NCBI RefSeq assembly: GCF_009914755.1
Contig: NC_060926.1
DNA from: the human T2T-CHM13v2.0 reference genome, Homo sapiens
Reading direction: 5' to 3' (one strand)
DNA: 64,000 nt
Shown one piece after another: positions 11,861 to 25,604 of this stretch. Below the pieces are notes generated by a model, which ran no database searches, was not told the origin of the DNA, and saw only the letters and a list, made by a program, of their open reading frames with translations. The translations under genes were made by a program, and so were the position numbers. The number at the start of each line of letters is the position of its first letter. Positions within the stretch are counted from its first letter, which is position 1.

Positions 11861-14018
11861 CATTCCTTTTACACATAAACCTAAATCACGAAAATTGTAT
11901 AAACTCCATTTACTTTTTGCCCTTTTCAATATGATAATTTTAAAATAAGTTAAAAGATAAACTCAGTTTTTTATTTAATCATTAATACTCTGTCAAAAGA
12001 ATTCTTAGAACACTTTCCTTTTTAAAGGACACTATTCCTAGGAGCTAAGATAACTGAAATTATATTTTGGTTTTAAAAAGTCAAAATATTTAAAGAAGTA
12101 TTTTAATGTCAAAGTCAATTAGAGTACTGAAAACTTATATAAAAAATGAATCATTTGCAAAAATATTTCCTCAGTTTTCATACATTTTATGGCAAACCTT
12201 CAACACTTATTTATTCCAGATGCTAAGATTAAGACATCTGGTACAGTGTGAGGAAACACTATTTAAAAAGAAAAAATACATTGAATTTAGTTGTGCTAGT
12301 AACCAAATTAAGTATAAGAAATGTTATAACAAAACTGAGATTGTATTACATATATGTACTTGTCATTTAAATTGAGGCTTGAATCATAATGGCACCAGGA
12401 TTTTCTGTTTCCTTCATCTTTGATTCTGACTGTCCATGTCTTGATCATTCAAAACCTTGAAGATAATTTTAAATTCAAATTCAAAACCTTGAGAGCTGAT
12501 TGTCTGGTTCAGACCTTCAATCTGCTTAGAAAAATGTTGTCCAAAAAGATATATTATTTGTTGAAGAGCATATAGACAGTAAGGGATAGAACAGACAACT
12601 TCATCACTGGACTTTTTGCCCTCAAAAGATCTTGTATAAAAATCAGACCTGCTTTTAAAATAAAAGAGCATCCCATGTTTCCACTGCTTTTTATATTGTC
12701 TTTACTTACATCATCATTAAGTCAAAAGACATAAAACAGGTTTTGATTGCAGAATAGTAACAACAAACGTTTTCCCATATTGGGCACAAGTCTTCCCTTG
12801 GCCTTGTAATAGCCACTTAACAGGTGTGGCAGGAGTACTGTTTTAAGGACTAAAGATTCTTACAGAGTGTGAACAATAACAAAGATACTCAGAGCTCTGT
12901 GGGTTTTGTTTATGTTTTGCTTTATTTTATTTAAGATTTCATGCTTCTGAGTGCCATTTTTTGGTCTCAAGAAGTGAGGCTAAAGTTGTGTTCAAAATTT
13001 GCTACAACTCCTCAAAGCCTTTTGTGAGTGCCTCCTTCAGACTTGTCAACTGAGACAGTTCACCAATTATAACATGAAGTACTGTCTTTACTCCCAGCCT
13101 TCTTCCTTTCCCGGCTTTCTTCCTTCTTCACTCCTGTGCAGTATAGAATTGATGTTGTGACTTGGGAGACTGAAACCTCCATTTTGCAAATTGGTAATAT
13201 GATTTAATTATCTATATTGCTGAAAGCCATTGAGATACAGGGTGAATTTCTAATATTCGGTAAGCATCATTCAAATATTTTATCTAGATCTCCCTTTGTT
13301 GAAGAAGGAATACTTATTAATCTGGAGAAGTTGTGGTAGTTGTTGTTTTTCAAATCTTAATTAAGCATTATTGCCTTTTTGTCCTTAAAAGCATATGGGG
13401 AGACAGTTAAATGAGTTTTCAATGAAAAGTGAGCTGATGGCTCTTGTTTAGTACAAGGAAAACCGATGAGCTGTTGGAAGAGTTAGAAGCCATTACCAGA
13501 GATAAGGCTCTAAATTAAAGCTGAACTATAAACTTCAAAATTGAGTAAGGAAAAAAAGGATGGGAGAACCACTACCTATCTAATTATGATGCAATTCAGT
13601 GGCAAGTATGTAAAGTTTATTTCAAGTACTCTAACCATACCAGCAGAAGTTGTCATTGCACATAATTGTTTCATTAGTTATGACTTGTAAACACATGGAA
13701 ACATGATTCAACTGCCCCTTTTGCAGTCAAAGAAAAGTGTGGCTTCCCTGATGAAGTGTTGATTCCATATTGAGGTTTGAACTGACAAACCCAGCTTATA
13801 CTGTACTTTGAAATGCTCCAAGCCCAGATTTTTATTTTTTTAACTACCCTTGTTTTAAATATCTTTCAAAAAGACAACGAGCTAAATAACCAATCTAATA
13901 GATAGATAGTGATTTAATTAACCTCAATGATTAAATCTGATCAGTTATTTAGAATACAGTCATTCATTTCCTGGACAGGGAAATGTAAATATAATCTATA
14001 GTTTTTCACAGAAATAAT

Positions 14019-14313
14019 TTTGTTGTTGTTGTTGAGACAGAGTCTCGCTCTTGCCCAGGCTGGAGTGCAGTGGCGCAATCTCGGCTCACTGCAAGCTCCG
14101 GTTCCCGGGGTTCATGCCATTCTCTTATCTCAGCCTCCCAAGTAGCTGGGACTACAGGCGCCCGCCACCAAGCCCAGCTAATTTTTTATATTTTTTAGTA
14201 GAGACAGGGTTTCACCATGTTAGCCAGGATGATCTCGATCTCCTGACCTGTGATCCGCCCACCTCTGCCTCCCAAAGTGCTGAGATCACAGGCTTGAGCC
14301 ACCGCATCCAGCC
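14019..14313 (-). mobile_element. AluY/Sc-like
   Basis: Full dimer with cactgcaagctccg, ttcatgccattctc and gttagccaggatg diagnostics. Confidence 0.95.
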
Positions 14314-16686
14314 AGAAAAAAATTCTTAAGACTAGTAAGAAGACAGAGAGGACAGGCCCAAGATAAAAAGATAGAGCTATACATAGGGACAAGGAGGAAA
14401 CACAGTAAGTCTTCACTTTAGCATCACCCTCCGGAAAAACCCTGGGCTACTTTCCTTTGCTCATTCCAGGAGGATCTAATTTAGAGTGTCCTTCTTTGCT
14501 CATTGGGCGCTTGCTTCCAAGGAACGATAATGGACGGAAAGAGATGTAACCACTAGCCTGGGAAATTTATCACTGAAAAAGGGCAACAAGAACGTGGACA
14601 CTAATGCAGGAAGACAAACAAACCCACGCAGCCACCAAGAGACTAGCTTCAAGAATCAATTTATTCTTCCCATTCTCATTCACCTCATGGGGGTCAAGAC
14701 AACTTGACTTTAATAATGCGATTTTCAAACCACTTACAAATCACGCAAACTGTGGTCTTTCTGATACGCTCTTAGGAGAGGGACTGTTTTTTTGCACCGA
14801 GGGATTAGCAAATCCGACTGCATGTATGCTTTTGAAGCAGCTTTAAGTTTTAAAAGGGAAAGGCTTCCATCTACTGGATACTTTGAGTAATAAAGACTAT
14901 GAGAATCCACATGACAGATTTCTTTTTGTGCCGGCAGTGCATAACCTGGCATGTTCACTTAGAGGTTTTGTAATTCTTTTAAAATACATTTTGTTGGAAG
15001 AACGTAGTTGTTACTGAATACGTTCAGCTTTTACAAAATACAAAGCCCACAATATATCACAAAAGAGAGACAAAAGGAATATATAATTTGCCCTTCTTTT
15101 CATTTGGAAACAATTGGATGGAACAGTTAAATACCCAACAAAGACATTCTATTTGTTAAGAAAATCCACAATAAGCATAGCTTTAACTGGAATATGAAGA
15201 TGGTTGAAACAGAATGGGGTGTTTCAGTCACCTCACTTTTTTTCTTTTCTAAAAATTGTATTACTTTTAATGAGCAAATCTCATCTTCATTAGAGTCTGC
15301 CTATTTTGAGTTCCGCTACTTCTATTTAATGACACATATTTTTGCTAATATATTGCATTATATAGTCAGATAAGAACACGGGTCTTTTCCTGGGCATATT
15401 TTGTAGATGGGATACATTTGAGCTAAATCATGTAATCTTTGTTCAAGTCAGCACATAAAGATAAAAAATCTTTTTTCCAGCAGATAGATTTTTTAAAAGA
15501 ATGTAAGAATTAATGCCTTTATTTAAAACAAATTTAGTTAATAAATTTTTTAAAAGTACACAGAGTACAACATTTTAGTGTCTGAGTCTTAATGAAATCT
15601 CTTAAATTTATATAGAAGTCAAAATTAATATCAAAATTGTACTGAATATCTTTTATACCAAAGAAAACAAGCAAATTACAGGTTAATAGTGTCAACTTTT
15701 AACTATGAGAATATTATGGCAAAAAGGACAAAACTGAAAAATCATGAGAATTTTTTTAATTCAAACTCATTAATATGTAGGACAGTATTATTCGTGGATT
15801 TTCCATGTTTCCATAAAGTGAGGTTGAAGAAATAAAGCAGAAAAATCTTAAGACTTGCCCCCTAAACTATAGTAAATATCTAAGGATTTGCAGATGCGTT
15901 CTCTCAGCTTTATACCTTCCTTTATAAATTAATAAATATATAATCCCTCACACCTAGAAAAGACTAAGTCTTGCTAAAGCAGATTCCTGTCAGGGTTACT
16001 GTAGAACTTATTTTGAATATTCTTAGTACCAGAACCTGGAATATAATACAATGTTAGGATCTACCTAGTTCAGATATATCTTTATAATTCTACCTGCAGG
16101 ATTACCTCAAAATAGTATTTTTGAAAACAGTGAAATGATGTGCTGAGAATAATAGGCAATGTAAATTGTTCATATTTAAATATATATTAGCTTGGTAAGT
16201 ATATACAACAAATATTAAATTACAGAAGATACTATGATAATTCCTCTTTGATAAGGACCTAAATCTTTTCATTCAGTGATATCTTTTCTGGGTTGTCTGG
16301 GTTCTGTTCATTGTCTTTTTTGTGACCAAGCTTTTTTACACATTTATGGCCCATGCTGATTGACAATGGAAATGTTTATTTCATTTTTGCAACTGAAAAT
16401 TTCTTGGCATTTACAGAAGAAAGAAAAGAAAGAGGATGGAAAGAAGGCAGGCAGGTAGGAAGGGAGGGAGGGAGGAATTAGCCTTTTCTTTGCACTTGCT
16501 CCTCTAACTAAATCAAGCCCAGAACTTCTAAATATAACAATAAAGGAAGAACCGCTCATAGGCTTTAGTCCATACATTCACCTCAAATTATTCAAATGAG
16601 ACTTCGCTAAAGCCTAGGGGAGAACACAAAAGAAATAAAAATGAAAAGTTACATTGGCGTAGTTAATCTGACTTAAAAATAATAGT

Positions 16687-16930
16687 TCATTCATTCATCA
16701 TTTATTATCTAATATGTCCCAGGCATTCCTCTAGGTCCTAGGGATCTAGAAGTACATGAAACAGACAAAATATTTTTTCTTCATTGTACTTACCTTCTAG
16801 TATGAAGACAGACAATAAATAAGATTATGATAGTAGCTGAGGAAATTAATAGATCATGAACAGGAACTGGGTGAAGAAGCAAAGTCATTTTAGATAGGGT
16901 AGTCAGAGAAGGCTTCACAGAAAGAGTTTA
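16687..16930 (-). mobile_element. L2 3' end
   Basis: ttcattcattcatcatttatt...tatgtcccaggcatt...gtcagagaaggcttc. Confidence 0.8.
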
Positions 16931-17655
16931 GTGTTTTGATCATATGATGCTGTGACCTAGAGGAAATCAAAGCTCAATCTCTAAAGACGTGCCACCCTTT
17001 TGGAGTGCATTCCTTTTTGGCTGGATTATCTTGGCTTTCTTCCTTGTGACTACATTTATATGACCCTTGTCCTTATGGAGTGCCCCCAACCTCATATACG
17101 CTGCTCAGATTTCAGACCCACAGACTATTTTACCTTAAGTTCCCTGTCTGGAGAACGAACACAGAGAACGCCAATTCTCTGTAAAGGAAACACACCACAT
17201 TTAAGTACAACCCACATTCAAGAGGTTCACTGGGATCGCAGGAGGAGGCTGTTCTGCTATACTTGCTCAATATTCAGATTAAGAAGTAATCATTTATCAC
17301 AAACGTTACTGAGACTCCTTGGTTGACTATCTTAGGAATGATTTGAGATGTGCAGCCTTGTGCCTTCACTTGAGACAATAAGGAAATACGTAACTAATAT
17401 TTTAAGTTAGGGAGAAGGACTCACTTCCACACCTCCTGCTATTAGGAAACGCTTGAGCTCTAGGAAATATATTTCAAAACCATTATCCATCTTCTCTGTT
17501 GTAGGCAACTAATGTAATGTAGTTTACACATGCACAGAATTGCATTTTATTCTGCCTATGTTTAACAATGCAGACCGCAGATTGGTTGCAACAATTTGCT
17601 GTCTTACAAAAGTATGTAACAAATGTGAATTTTTAAGTCACAGATAATTTTTCTT

Positions 17656-17875
17656 CGCACCCATTGACCAACCTCTCACATTCCTCCCCTCCCGATTCTC
17701 TGGTATCGACTCTTCGGCTCTGCTTCTATTAAATTTTTTTTTTAAATTTCACATATGAGTGAGATTAACCCTGATTTGATCATTATACAACATATATAGT
17801 ATTAAAACATCAAATCGTACCCCGTAAGTATTTACAATTACAATGTGTCAATGGAAATAATATAAATATTTTTAA
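17656..17875 (+). mobile_element. Short L1MA 3' insertion with an inverted 5' part (twin priming)
   Basis: 17656-17767 is antisense L1 3'UTR and 17768-17875 is the sense L1MA terminus. TSD agataatttttctt / agatacttttcctt (12/14). Confidence 0.75.
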
Positions 17876-19164
17876 AGATACTTTTCCTTGAATGAACAAT
17901 TGATCTGCAACATTTTGTCATGATGCCTCTACTTTGGCTTGGATTGTCAAGACTCTTCTCTCTTCATTTAAAATTTGATAAACTGTGACTTTAAAATGTT
18001 TCAGGCCCAGTCTCAAGGAAATTTCCTGTTACAGTACGTAAAATGAAACCATAATAACGGCAGTAATTTCAGAGGACATAGAATATGTGGCTAGAAATAC
18101 ATAATGTGTGCTTAATAAATGATGCTAGCCCTTTTAAAGCAGAAAACAAAACTACATTAACTATGATATTAAAAAAACTAAATGTTATGTCATTCGCTCA
18201 TCTTAGTAAAATGGTTAAAAATTTTGTATTTTCATATGATAATAAAGACATATCATATTGACTAAGGACTACCAATATGTCTTAATAAAATAAACTCACC
18301 TTGTAAAATGCTATGTAGCTTTCTCTACTTTTTTTTAGAGCCTTAAACTAGATTTTCATAAACCAGGTTTTATCAAATGTTCTTAACATTTTCTTAATCT
18401 TACTACAGACTATCTTTAATAGTAGATATCATGGTTATGAAGCTGTGAATGAAAATTAAGATATTGCTTAAGTGCAAATAATTTTAAAGTAATTCATTTT
18501 TGGTCTATTAACATTGTCTAATAGTCTCCTACATATTCAATTCCTTAGAAGGCTGTTTGATTCTCATGTATTTAAAACAAACTTTAAAAGTAAATTATCT
18601 AGAAACTACTTAAAATGTAAAAACATACTGATGTTTTAATAATTAATGAGTAGTCCTATAATGTCTGTGTTCTTAAATATTGAAACTCAGCATTGGTTTA
18701 TTGTCAAACAGAAATCTATAATTACACTATGTAGTAACTGTACAATTTTAATGCTGTTAAAATTTACAATGAATTCTGCAACACTGCCTTGCTGAGTAAC
18801 TCTTAACTCAGTAAATACTGAATCCTGGGCAGGAAAACAATTGCAAAGTTAAGTATGCATTTAAAAAGATTAAAGGAATTAAGATTACTGAACCCCATGA
18901 AAATATTAATAAAACACTTATCTTAATGACTGTTAAGTGAAGTAGCAAATATCTTAATCTATGACTAAAATCACTGAAAATTGTTTTCAAATTTTTTTAT
19001 CTAGCAGAAGAAATAAAATTAAACTTAAATATTTCTATTTATGTCTAAAAATTCAAAAAGTGGAATAAATAAGACAGTAACCTGTTATTAGATTATGAAA
19101 TACTTTAAAGTTTTTATAACTGAACAAAAGGTATTTATCAGTTTTTTGACACGAGTTAACATTC

Positions 19165-19325
19165 TTTAACTCTCACTGTGCCAAATACTTTGTATATATC
19201 ATTCTATTTATTTCCTCATGATAATCCCATGAAGTATTAAAAATTATATGTTTTACCCAGGAGTAAAGCAACTTATAAAGGGTCATATAGCTAGCATATG
19301 ATGCACCTGAAATTTATACTCAGAG
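19165..19325 (-). mobile_element. MIR fragment
   Basis: ctgtgccaaatactttg...cctcatgataatcccatgaagta...agggtcatatagctag. Confidence 0.6.
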
Positions 19326-19689
19326 GGATCATTCACATGAATGAAATTAATAATCTAAGTCTCCATTGCTTCATGGTTTTCTCCCTAATGCTTTTTAGAT
19401 TCTAGGATGACATTTTGGTAAAAGGTGATAGCATATCTTTTTTAATGTAGCCTTAAATAGTTATGTGTTAATATTTCCAAAAGTTCAACTCTTAAAATAT
19501 TTTTAATGTATATATTAAGAAATTAAATGATGACCTAAACAACCTTATAGTCATCCTTCCAGAATTTTTTTCTTCATTTTCTGGGAGATTTTCATAAGAT
19601 GAAAAAGGACTTAATGCTATCAGCATCAAAAGACATTCCAAGTGAAATCTGAAGACACAAAGGGGCAACATATTGTCTATCAATATGTA

Positions 19690-20208
19690 CAAATATGTGT
19701 ACTAAATTGCCACGAACTTGGTGGCTGAAATCCAGACATATTTATTATTTCTCAAGAGTCTAGGGATGGCCTAGCTGGGGCCTCTGCTTCAGGGTCTCTC
19801 ACATGCCTGCAATTAATGTGTTGATGGGGGCTGCAATCTCATCTCATGGCTCAACTGGGGAAGAATCTGCTTCCAATTTTACATGTCAGAATTTAGTTCC
19901 TTGGAGATTGTCAGGCTGAAACCTTTAGTTTCTTGTCTGTTTGCCAGCATTTTCTTATGTGGCCCTCTCCATAAGGCAGCCTACAACATGGCAGTTTGCT
20001 TCACCAATGCCAGAAATGCAGAGAGTAAATAGAGTTCCTGCTAACAAGATGTAATATAATCATCAAAGTGACACCTCATCATTTTTGTCCTATTTTCTGG
20101 ATTAGAAGCAAGTCATAGGTTCTACCTACACTCAAGGGCAAGGGGTCACACCTAGACATAAATATCAGGAAGTAGGGGTAATAGCCTTTTTAGAGTCTCT
20201 TTGCTACA
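19690..20208 (-). mobile_element. MaLR LTR (MLT1F-like)
   Basis: aacttggtggctgaaa...ggctcaactggggaagaatctgcttcca...attagaagcaagtcatagg...ctaca. Confidence 0.85.
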
Positions 20209-20309
20209 GAAAATAATGTGGAACCAAACAAGTAAACAATCCTTGGAAATAGCCAAATAAAAACCACTTTTTATCAATAAATTCCCAAACAATTAAACCA
20301 GGAGGCACT

Positions 20310-20625
20310 TTCTGTAATGCTCACCCACTCTTCTCTATCTCATTTCCCCTACCTTTATATCTCAGCTCAAAGATCACTTTCCTCAGAGAAGACTTCCCTG
20401 ACCACCCCTTCCTGACCACCAGTGAATCAGTTGCCTATTCTTTGCATTTATTCTCTGTACATCTCTCAAATACACTTGTAATCTCACATTTGTTAATTTT
20501 TGTGTGGGCTATCTTATTAAATCCTGATTAAGCTGATGAGGAAAGAAACTGTATAGAGGTTTTGTGGAACATTGTATCCCCATCACCTAGGACAGTGTGT
20601 AACATAAGATGCACAACAAAACGTG
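20310..20625 (+). mobile_element. L2 3' fragment
   Basis: tctcagctcaaagatcactttcctcagagaagacttccctgacc...ttgtatccccatcacctaggacagtg. Confidence 0.8.
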
Positions 20626-20629
20626 AGGG

Positions 20630-20770
20630 AAGGAACAGAGGTTAAGGACACTAACCTGGAAGTCAGGAAACCTAGTTTCCAATGTGGGTTCTTTCACTTA
20701 CTAGCTGTTCTGTTTCACCCAAGTCCAATCATATTTCCAAGCCTCAGGTTATTCATGTGTGAAAGGTCAT
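20630..20770 (+). mobile_element. MIR fragment
   Basis: ctggaagtcaggaaacctag...cacttactagctgt...agcctcaggttattcat. Confidence 0.7.
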
Positions 20771-22264
20771 TTTCTAATGCAAATGGTTGGAACTTTGATG
20801 CAATTTTTTGATTTTATACTGTTGTTAATAGTTACATTTTTATTGTATTGAAATTTTTTCCCCAGAATCTTTTGGCAGCTGCTGCCTTCATCTTTTGACC
20901 AGTGATTTTGAGATATGCCCAAACAGTTTGCAACAGGCAAATTTAGAGGATAAGAGAAGTAATGTGAGAAGCTTAAATCAACATTTGTAAATTACATATA
21001 TTTTAAGAAACACTCCTGATGCTCTTCAGAGTTTGTGCATTTGAATGCCACAGCTATGATATAATTCAAAATGTTTTCCTTTCCCCTAGACAAATGAAAA
21101 CCTCACCAGAAAACAAACTACATTACACACATGTTGTTTCCTTTCAAGATGTTGGCATCCTGCCTTCCCCTTCAGCTGCCCAATCCCCTCTATGGACACA
21201 GAGGGTTTGTTAAATTAAATGGTAGCATAGTCCTAGACCAATGATATCTTGAAACAAATATAAAGCTCTAAAAAAGAAGAGAGGCATGTTAGAATTCTCT
21301 ATGTAACAGAGAACTAGACTATTATGTAGAAGAATATTTTAGCATCACAATAGTACAGCTGACATGCTTGGCCTGCTTTCATCATGACTGAATGTTACCC
21401 TTATTTAGTGATTACTGAGAAGTTCTCATACCAAGCAGTGTTAAGTTCAGTTTTTGAAGTGTATCTTATGTATGCAATAAATAACTCTGCATTGTTTTCA
21501 GTATCAATTCTTTGACATGACCAGTGCTAGAAGAAGATAAATACTGCATGGGAAACCCAGGAGCAGTATGTTACTCTACCATTCCCTGAAGTCATATGTC
21601 AAACTCATGGTTATTGAAATTTTCCTCATAGATTGTTCCACAGTTAACAGTGCACAGTGTCCTGCGGGTAACTAATGATTCTCCTGTAGCCTTTTCCAGC
21701 TTACTCATTTATAGTAGTTTAGGACAGAAGGGGAAAATTGGTTGACAGTTGAGGCCATGAATACTTTTTACAATTGTTCTTTCAATCCACAAATAACATG
21801 TTCTCTTAAAACGTTTTTTTTTTTAAATATAAGTTTCTACTGTTCTTAGTAGTGTGTCTTAACTGAGAGACTGTGGTTATGGAATTTGTGTTTTTCTTTG
21901 TTACTGTGTGGCATTTGTGTCAAAATCACCCTGGTACAGAAATGTAGATAGGAGAAATGGCAAGTGCAGAGAGGTGGGGAGCATCAGTTTCATGTTTATT
22001 AGTACTTTGGGGTTAGAAAAATCCACGGGCCAAGACCTTAAATGATACCTCTAAGAGTGCGATTCTGAGACACACTGGAGGTGAGGTATAGTATGCTGCT
22101 CATTGAAAAGACATCTGAGCCAGAGTAAGTGGTTGATTTCCCACTTCATTCATCTGGTATACAACAGAAGTACACAATCCCAGAAAATAGCCTAGCCTAC
22201 TCTTCTGTTAGGAGATGATGTACCTCCTGAGGTGCATATACACAAGAAAACAACAGACATAATG

Positions 22265-22395
22265 GGTAACATTTAGTGAGTATTTACTATGCGTGATGCA
22301 CTGTTTGAGTGTTTTATATGTTAACTCATTTCATAATCATAGTAGCACTCAGTAAAAGGTGCTATTATTAGCACTGCTGTATAAATAGAAATCTT
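22265..22395 (-). mobile_element. MIR fragment
   Basis: taacatttagtgagtatttactatgcgtgatgcactgtt...ttaactcattt. Confidence 0.7.
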
Positions 22396-23452
22396 TAGAT
22401 GTCATAAAGAACATTCCTGCTGAAAAAAAAATTATATGCCCTATGTTTACAGTCTGCCTAGATAGTCAACAATTGACTATTCATAGTTATTTATTTCCTT
22501 GGTTTGAGTTAACATGTTCCATAATATAATCTCAGATGCTCCTTGAGTTACTAAATTGTAACAACAATTCACAGTAGTCTTCCTGGGTCATACTGTGTTT
22601 TTTCTTTACTAACTCATAATTTTAAAACATAATTAGATTTTCTTAACTGCTTTGCAAAACAGAATGCTGACTAAATACAGACTAGACCAATGCACTTTAA
22701 TAAATATTAAAATATTACTGTTATGATATTCTTTTATCAATGAGGCCAACTAATACTTTGAAGCCGATTTTTCATAAACTTATTGCTATCTATATAGCTA
22801 TATCTATATACAAGAGTAATATAAAATATATATCTGAATAAGTCCAAATCACTTTTTAGTAAGTGTAGGTAGTAATTCTAAGACATAAAAGCAAATATAT
22901 AGAGATATATTTCTAAAACATACATATATGTGTGTCAGAGAGAGAGAGAGAATAAGACAGAAGAGAGGGCACATGACAGAGCTCTGCAAATAGTAGTTCA
23001 GCTAATATTTAGAGAATGTCTACTGACACCAGGTACTGTTTTAGGAACTGAATGTAAATACACATATCAGCAAATATGTGTTTGCTACCATTGTCTTGGT
23101 TTCATTAAAAATTTGTGATTAAAACTTGTTAATGGAAGAATTTGAAAAGTACATGGAAGGAATTATGTTTTGTTCAAAAAGATTTTTCTCTAATGGGATC
23201 AATTTATGTTTTGCTAGTGACTAATATTTTTGGTTAAATATAGAAAATACAACAAAGCTGTGTTTCTCAAAATATTTTCAGTGGAGCACTGTTGTCTCAA
23301 ATTCTGGAAAGCGGAAAATGAATCTAGAAAATGTGAATGCCTTTGGTTATTCATGATGCACTTTACCATAATAAATAAAGACACCTATTTAACTTTGTTT
23401 TACCCATTCTTTCCATTAAAATATAAGCAGATTGTAAATAATTAAAGAATAA

Positions 23453-24162
23453 ATATATTTCATCTAATTTAGACTGCCATCAATTGAAAGATCACCATTA
23501 TATAATATATCTCTAAGAAAAAATTGTTTAAACTATAATGCAAAACTTCCTTTTTACCTAGAATTACTTTGTCCCTATTAAAGGAACTCTTTTAGACATA
23601 ACTAATTCAAAACCAGCTTTTAAATCATATGTCATTCATGTATATACATAAAAATATAAGCAAAGGAATTGATCAAGCAGCTTTATATTTGCAGGATGAC
23701 TCTTTTGAATCACTTTTCAATGCAAATTAACTGATGTTCATGTGTTTCCTACCCACTGTCATTCTCAGTGCCATTAAGAAGATTGACAATCCAGGCTATC
23801 TTAAAATCATGATTCAGTATTATGCCGAGGATATTCTTTCAAGTCCCTGAAACCATTCAGGAAATTTTTATCTTGGTACTTTTTTATTTTACCAGAAGGG
23901 ATCAAAGGAAGCTTTTTCAAACAACAATTAGGATGCATTAAAATGTCCCCTAATTTAAATGGCCATAATTATCTACTGAAACTGCAGTTGGCTACTGATT
24001 TTAGAGATGGGAAAACATATTTGCACATGCTAAAGCAGTGACGACTACAATAAATTGCTTTCTCACCAACAGCAATGGTAAGATATCATTGATTATAAAA
24101 CATAGCACTATTTCAGAAAGGTTCAAATAAGATAGTATGTGGCATATAACTGAAGAAACAGT
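23453..24162. mobile_element. TcMar-Tc2 DNA transposon relic (Kanga/MER104-like)
   Basis: Left end tatttcatctaatttagactgccatcaattgaaagatcacc and right end taagatatcattgattataaaa...atttcagaaaggttcaaa...gaagaaacag resemble recalled Kanga/MER104 termini. Confidence 0.5.
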
Positions 24163-24479
24163 TATATCTAACTAGCTTCCTGCAGCACTAGTGATGGATG
24201 GGGCATAATTTTAAAGCACTTTAGGAAATATTTTCGTTTGTCAGTCAATTGCACACTGAAATCTTCTGGCTTGTATTTAATTGTCAGATCAATAAAGTAA
24301 CTCATTATATATGAATTCAAGTTTGGGATCTTGGATCAATCACACTGATGCTAGGTCAGGGAGAATTTGCAACGTGAGTCCTATCATTCAAGGGATGATA
24401 ATTACCATGTTCTGTACCCAGGAAAATATTTCCCTTTATAGGTTTTTCAAACTTCCTCCAGTTTCATGACCCATTCTAG

Positions 24480-24725
24480 TAGAGTGAACAAGAGCATGGA
24501 TTTTGATATTAGATAAAAGTGAACAACATTTGACCCTACTTCTGCTATTTTCTAAGTATACTTAATAAAGTTATTTAACCATTCAAAGTCTTAATTCTTT
24601 CATCCTTAAAACAAGTAACAATAATAATAGATAAAAATGCTATATAGACTTAATGAGAATGTGTATCCAAAAGTGCTTACTATGTAGTCGGGAACATGAA
24701 GTCCCTTAAGTAATAGTTTATCTGT
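24480..24725 (+). mobile_element. MIR
   Basis: aagagcatggattttga...aagttatttaacc...aaagtgcttactatgtag. Confidence 0.7.
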
Positions 24726-25106
24726 TGTTCCAGTACTTCCGGTGCCTAACTAAACCATACTACTCCATGGAGGGATAGATGAGTGTCCTCTTTCAATAAT
24801 GGTCCAATATGGCTTTCTACATTCTAAATTCTTATGATACATGGGAAGAACATAGAGGGATACCTCATCAATTATAAAGTTAGCAATATTTGTCAGATAT
24901 AGGAAGTCAGTTGCTAAGGAAAAACACAGCTTTTCCTGCTTCTGAGTCCACAAAAGAAATTACTCCTGAGATTTCTAATAAAAACAAAATGCAAAACAAT
25001 AGCAACAACATGTATGATAAGATAGTCAAAGGCCTCAGCATAACACAAAATGCTGGTACAATAACAAGTTTGGTGTCACTATTTTTTTTTGTACTGACTC
25101 TCAATA

Positions 25107-25604
25107 TCTTACCAAGACACCAGAAATTCAGTCTTAGGTCCTGCTGGTTGCTGCACAGAAATTCAATCACCAAGACAATGAGTATTGCCAGGGAAGAAGA
25201 CTTGAAATCAGTGATGCAGCTGAGGAGATGGGAGATAGTCTCAAATTCATCTCCTCAACTGACTAAAATTAGGGGTTTATATAGCAGGGGAAAAAAATGT
25301 AACCATGTGTGGGAAAACAGAATAAGGGAGGAGTAAAGAAGTGGAGTTGATCCAAAGGAAGCAGGTGGTAAGTAAGGCAATCATGATGGGTCAGTGGTCT
25401 GTCATCTCATTGTCCATATGTGGTGATCTGGTAAGTTTCAGTTCCTTGATACTATCTGGGTGGCCTGATGGTTGGTTTCCTGAGAAAGTACTCAGATAAG
25501 ACAAATATAACTTTCTCAAGTTTCAAGACTGGGAGGGTCAGTTTTTATGCTTATTCAAAAGAAATGATAAGCATCAGTTCTGTGGGACAATTGGACCAGT
25601 TTCA
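25107..25604 (-). mobile_element. ERV1-class solo LTR, copy 1 (MER4 group, probably LTR54-type)
   Basis: Minus strand starts TGAAACTGGTCCAATTGTCCC. TATA-like tatataaa on minus at 25276-25283. TSD aata/aatg. Colinear with copies 2 and 3. Confidence 0.85.

Noticed and set aside
17000-17326. 108-aa ORF in moderately GC-rich unique-looking DNA
   Set aside because: TTG start, no homology recognised and no convincing splice signals.
24890-25336. Longest ORF in the track (148 aa)
   Set aside because: Non-ATG start, runs from unique AT-rich DNA into an antisense LTR, and has no recognisable domain.
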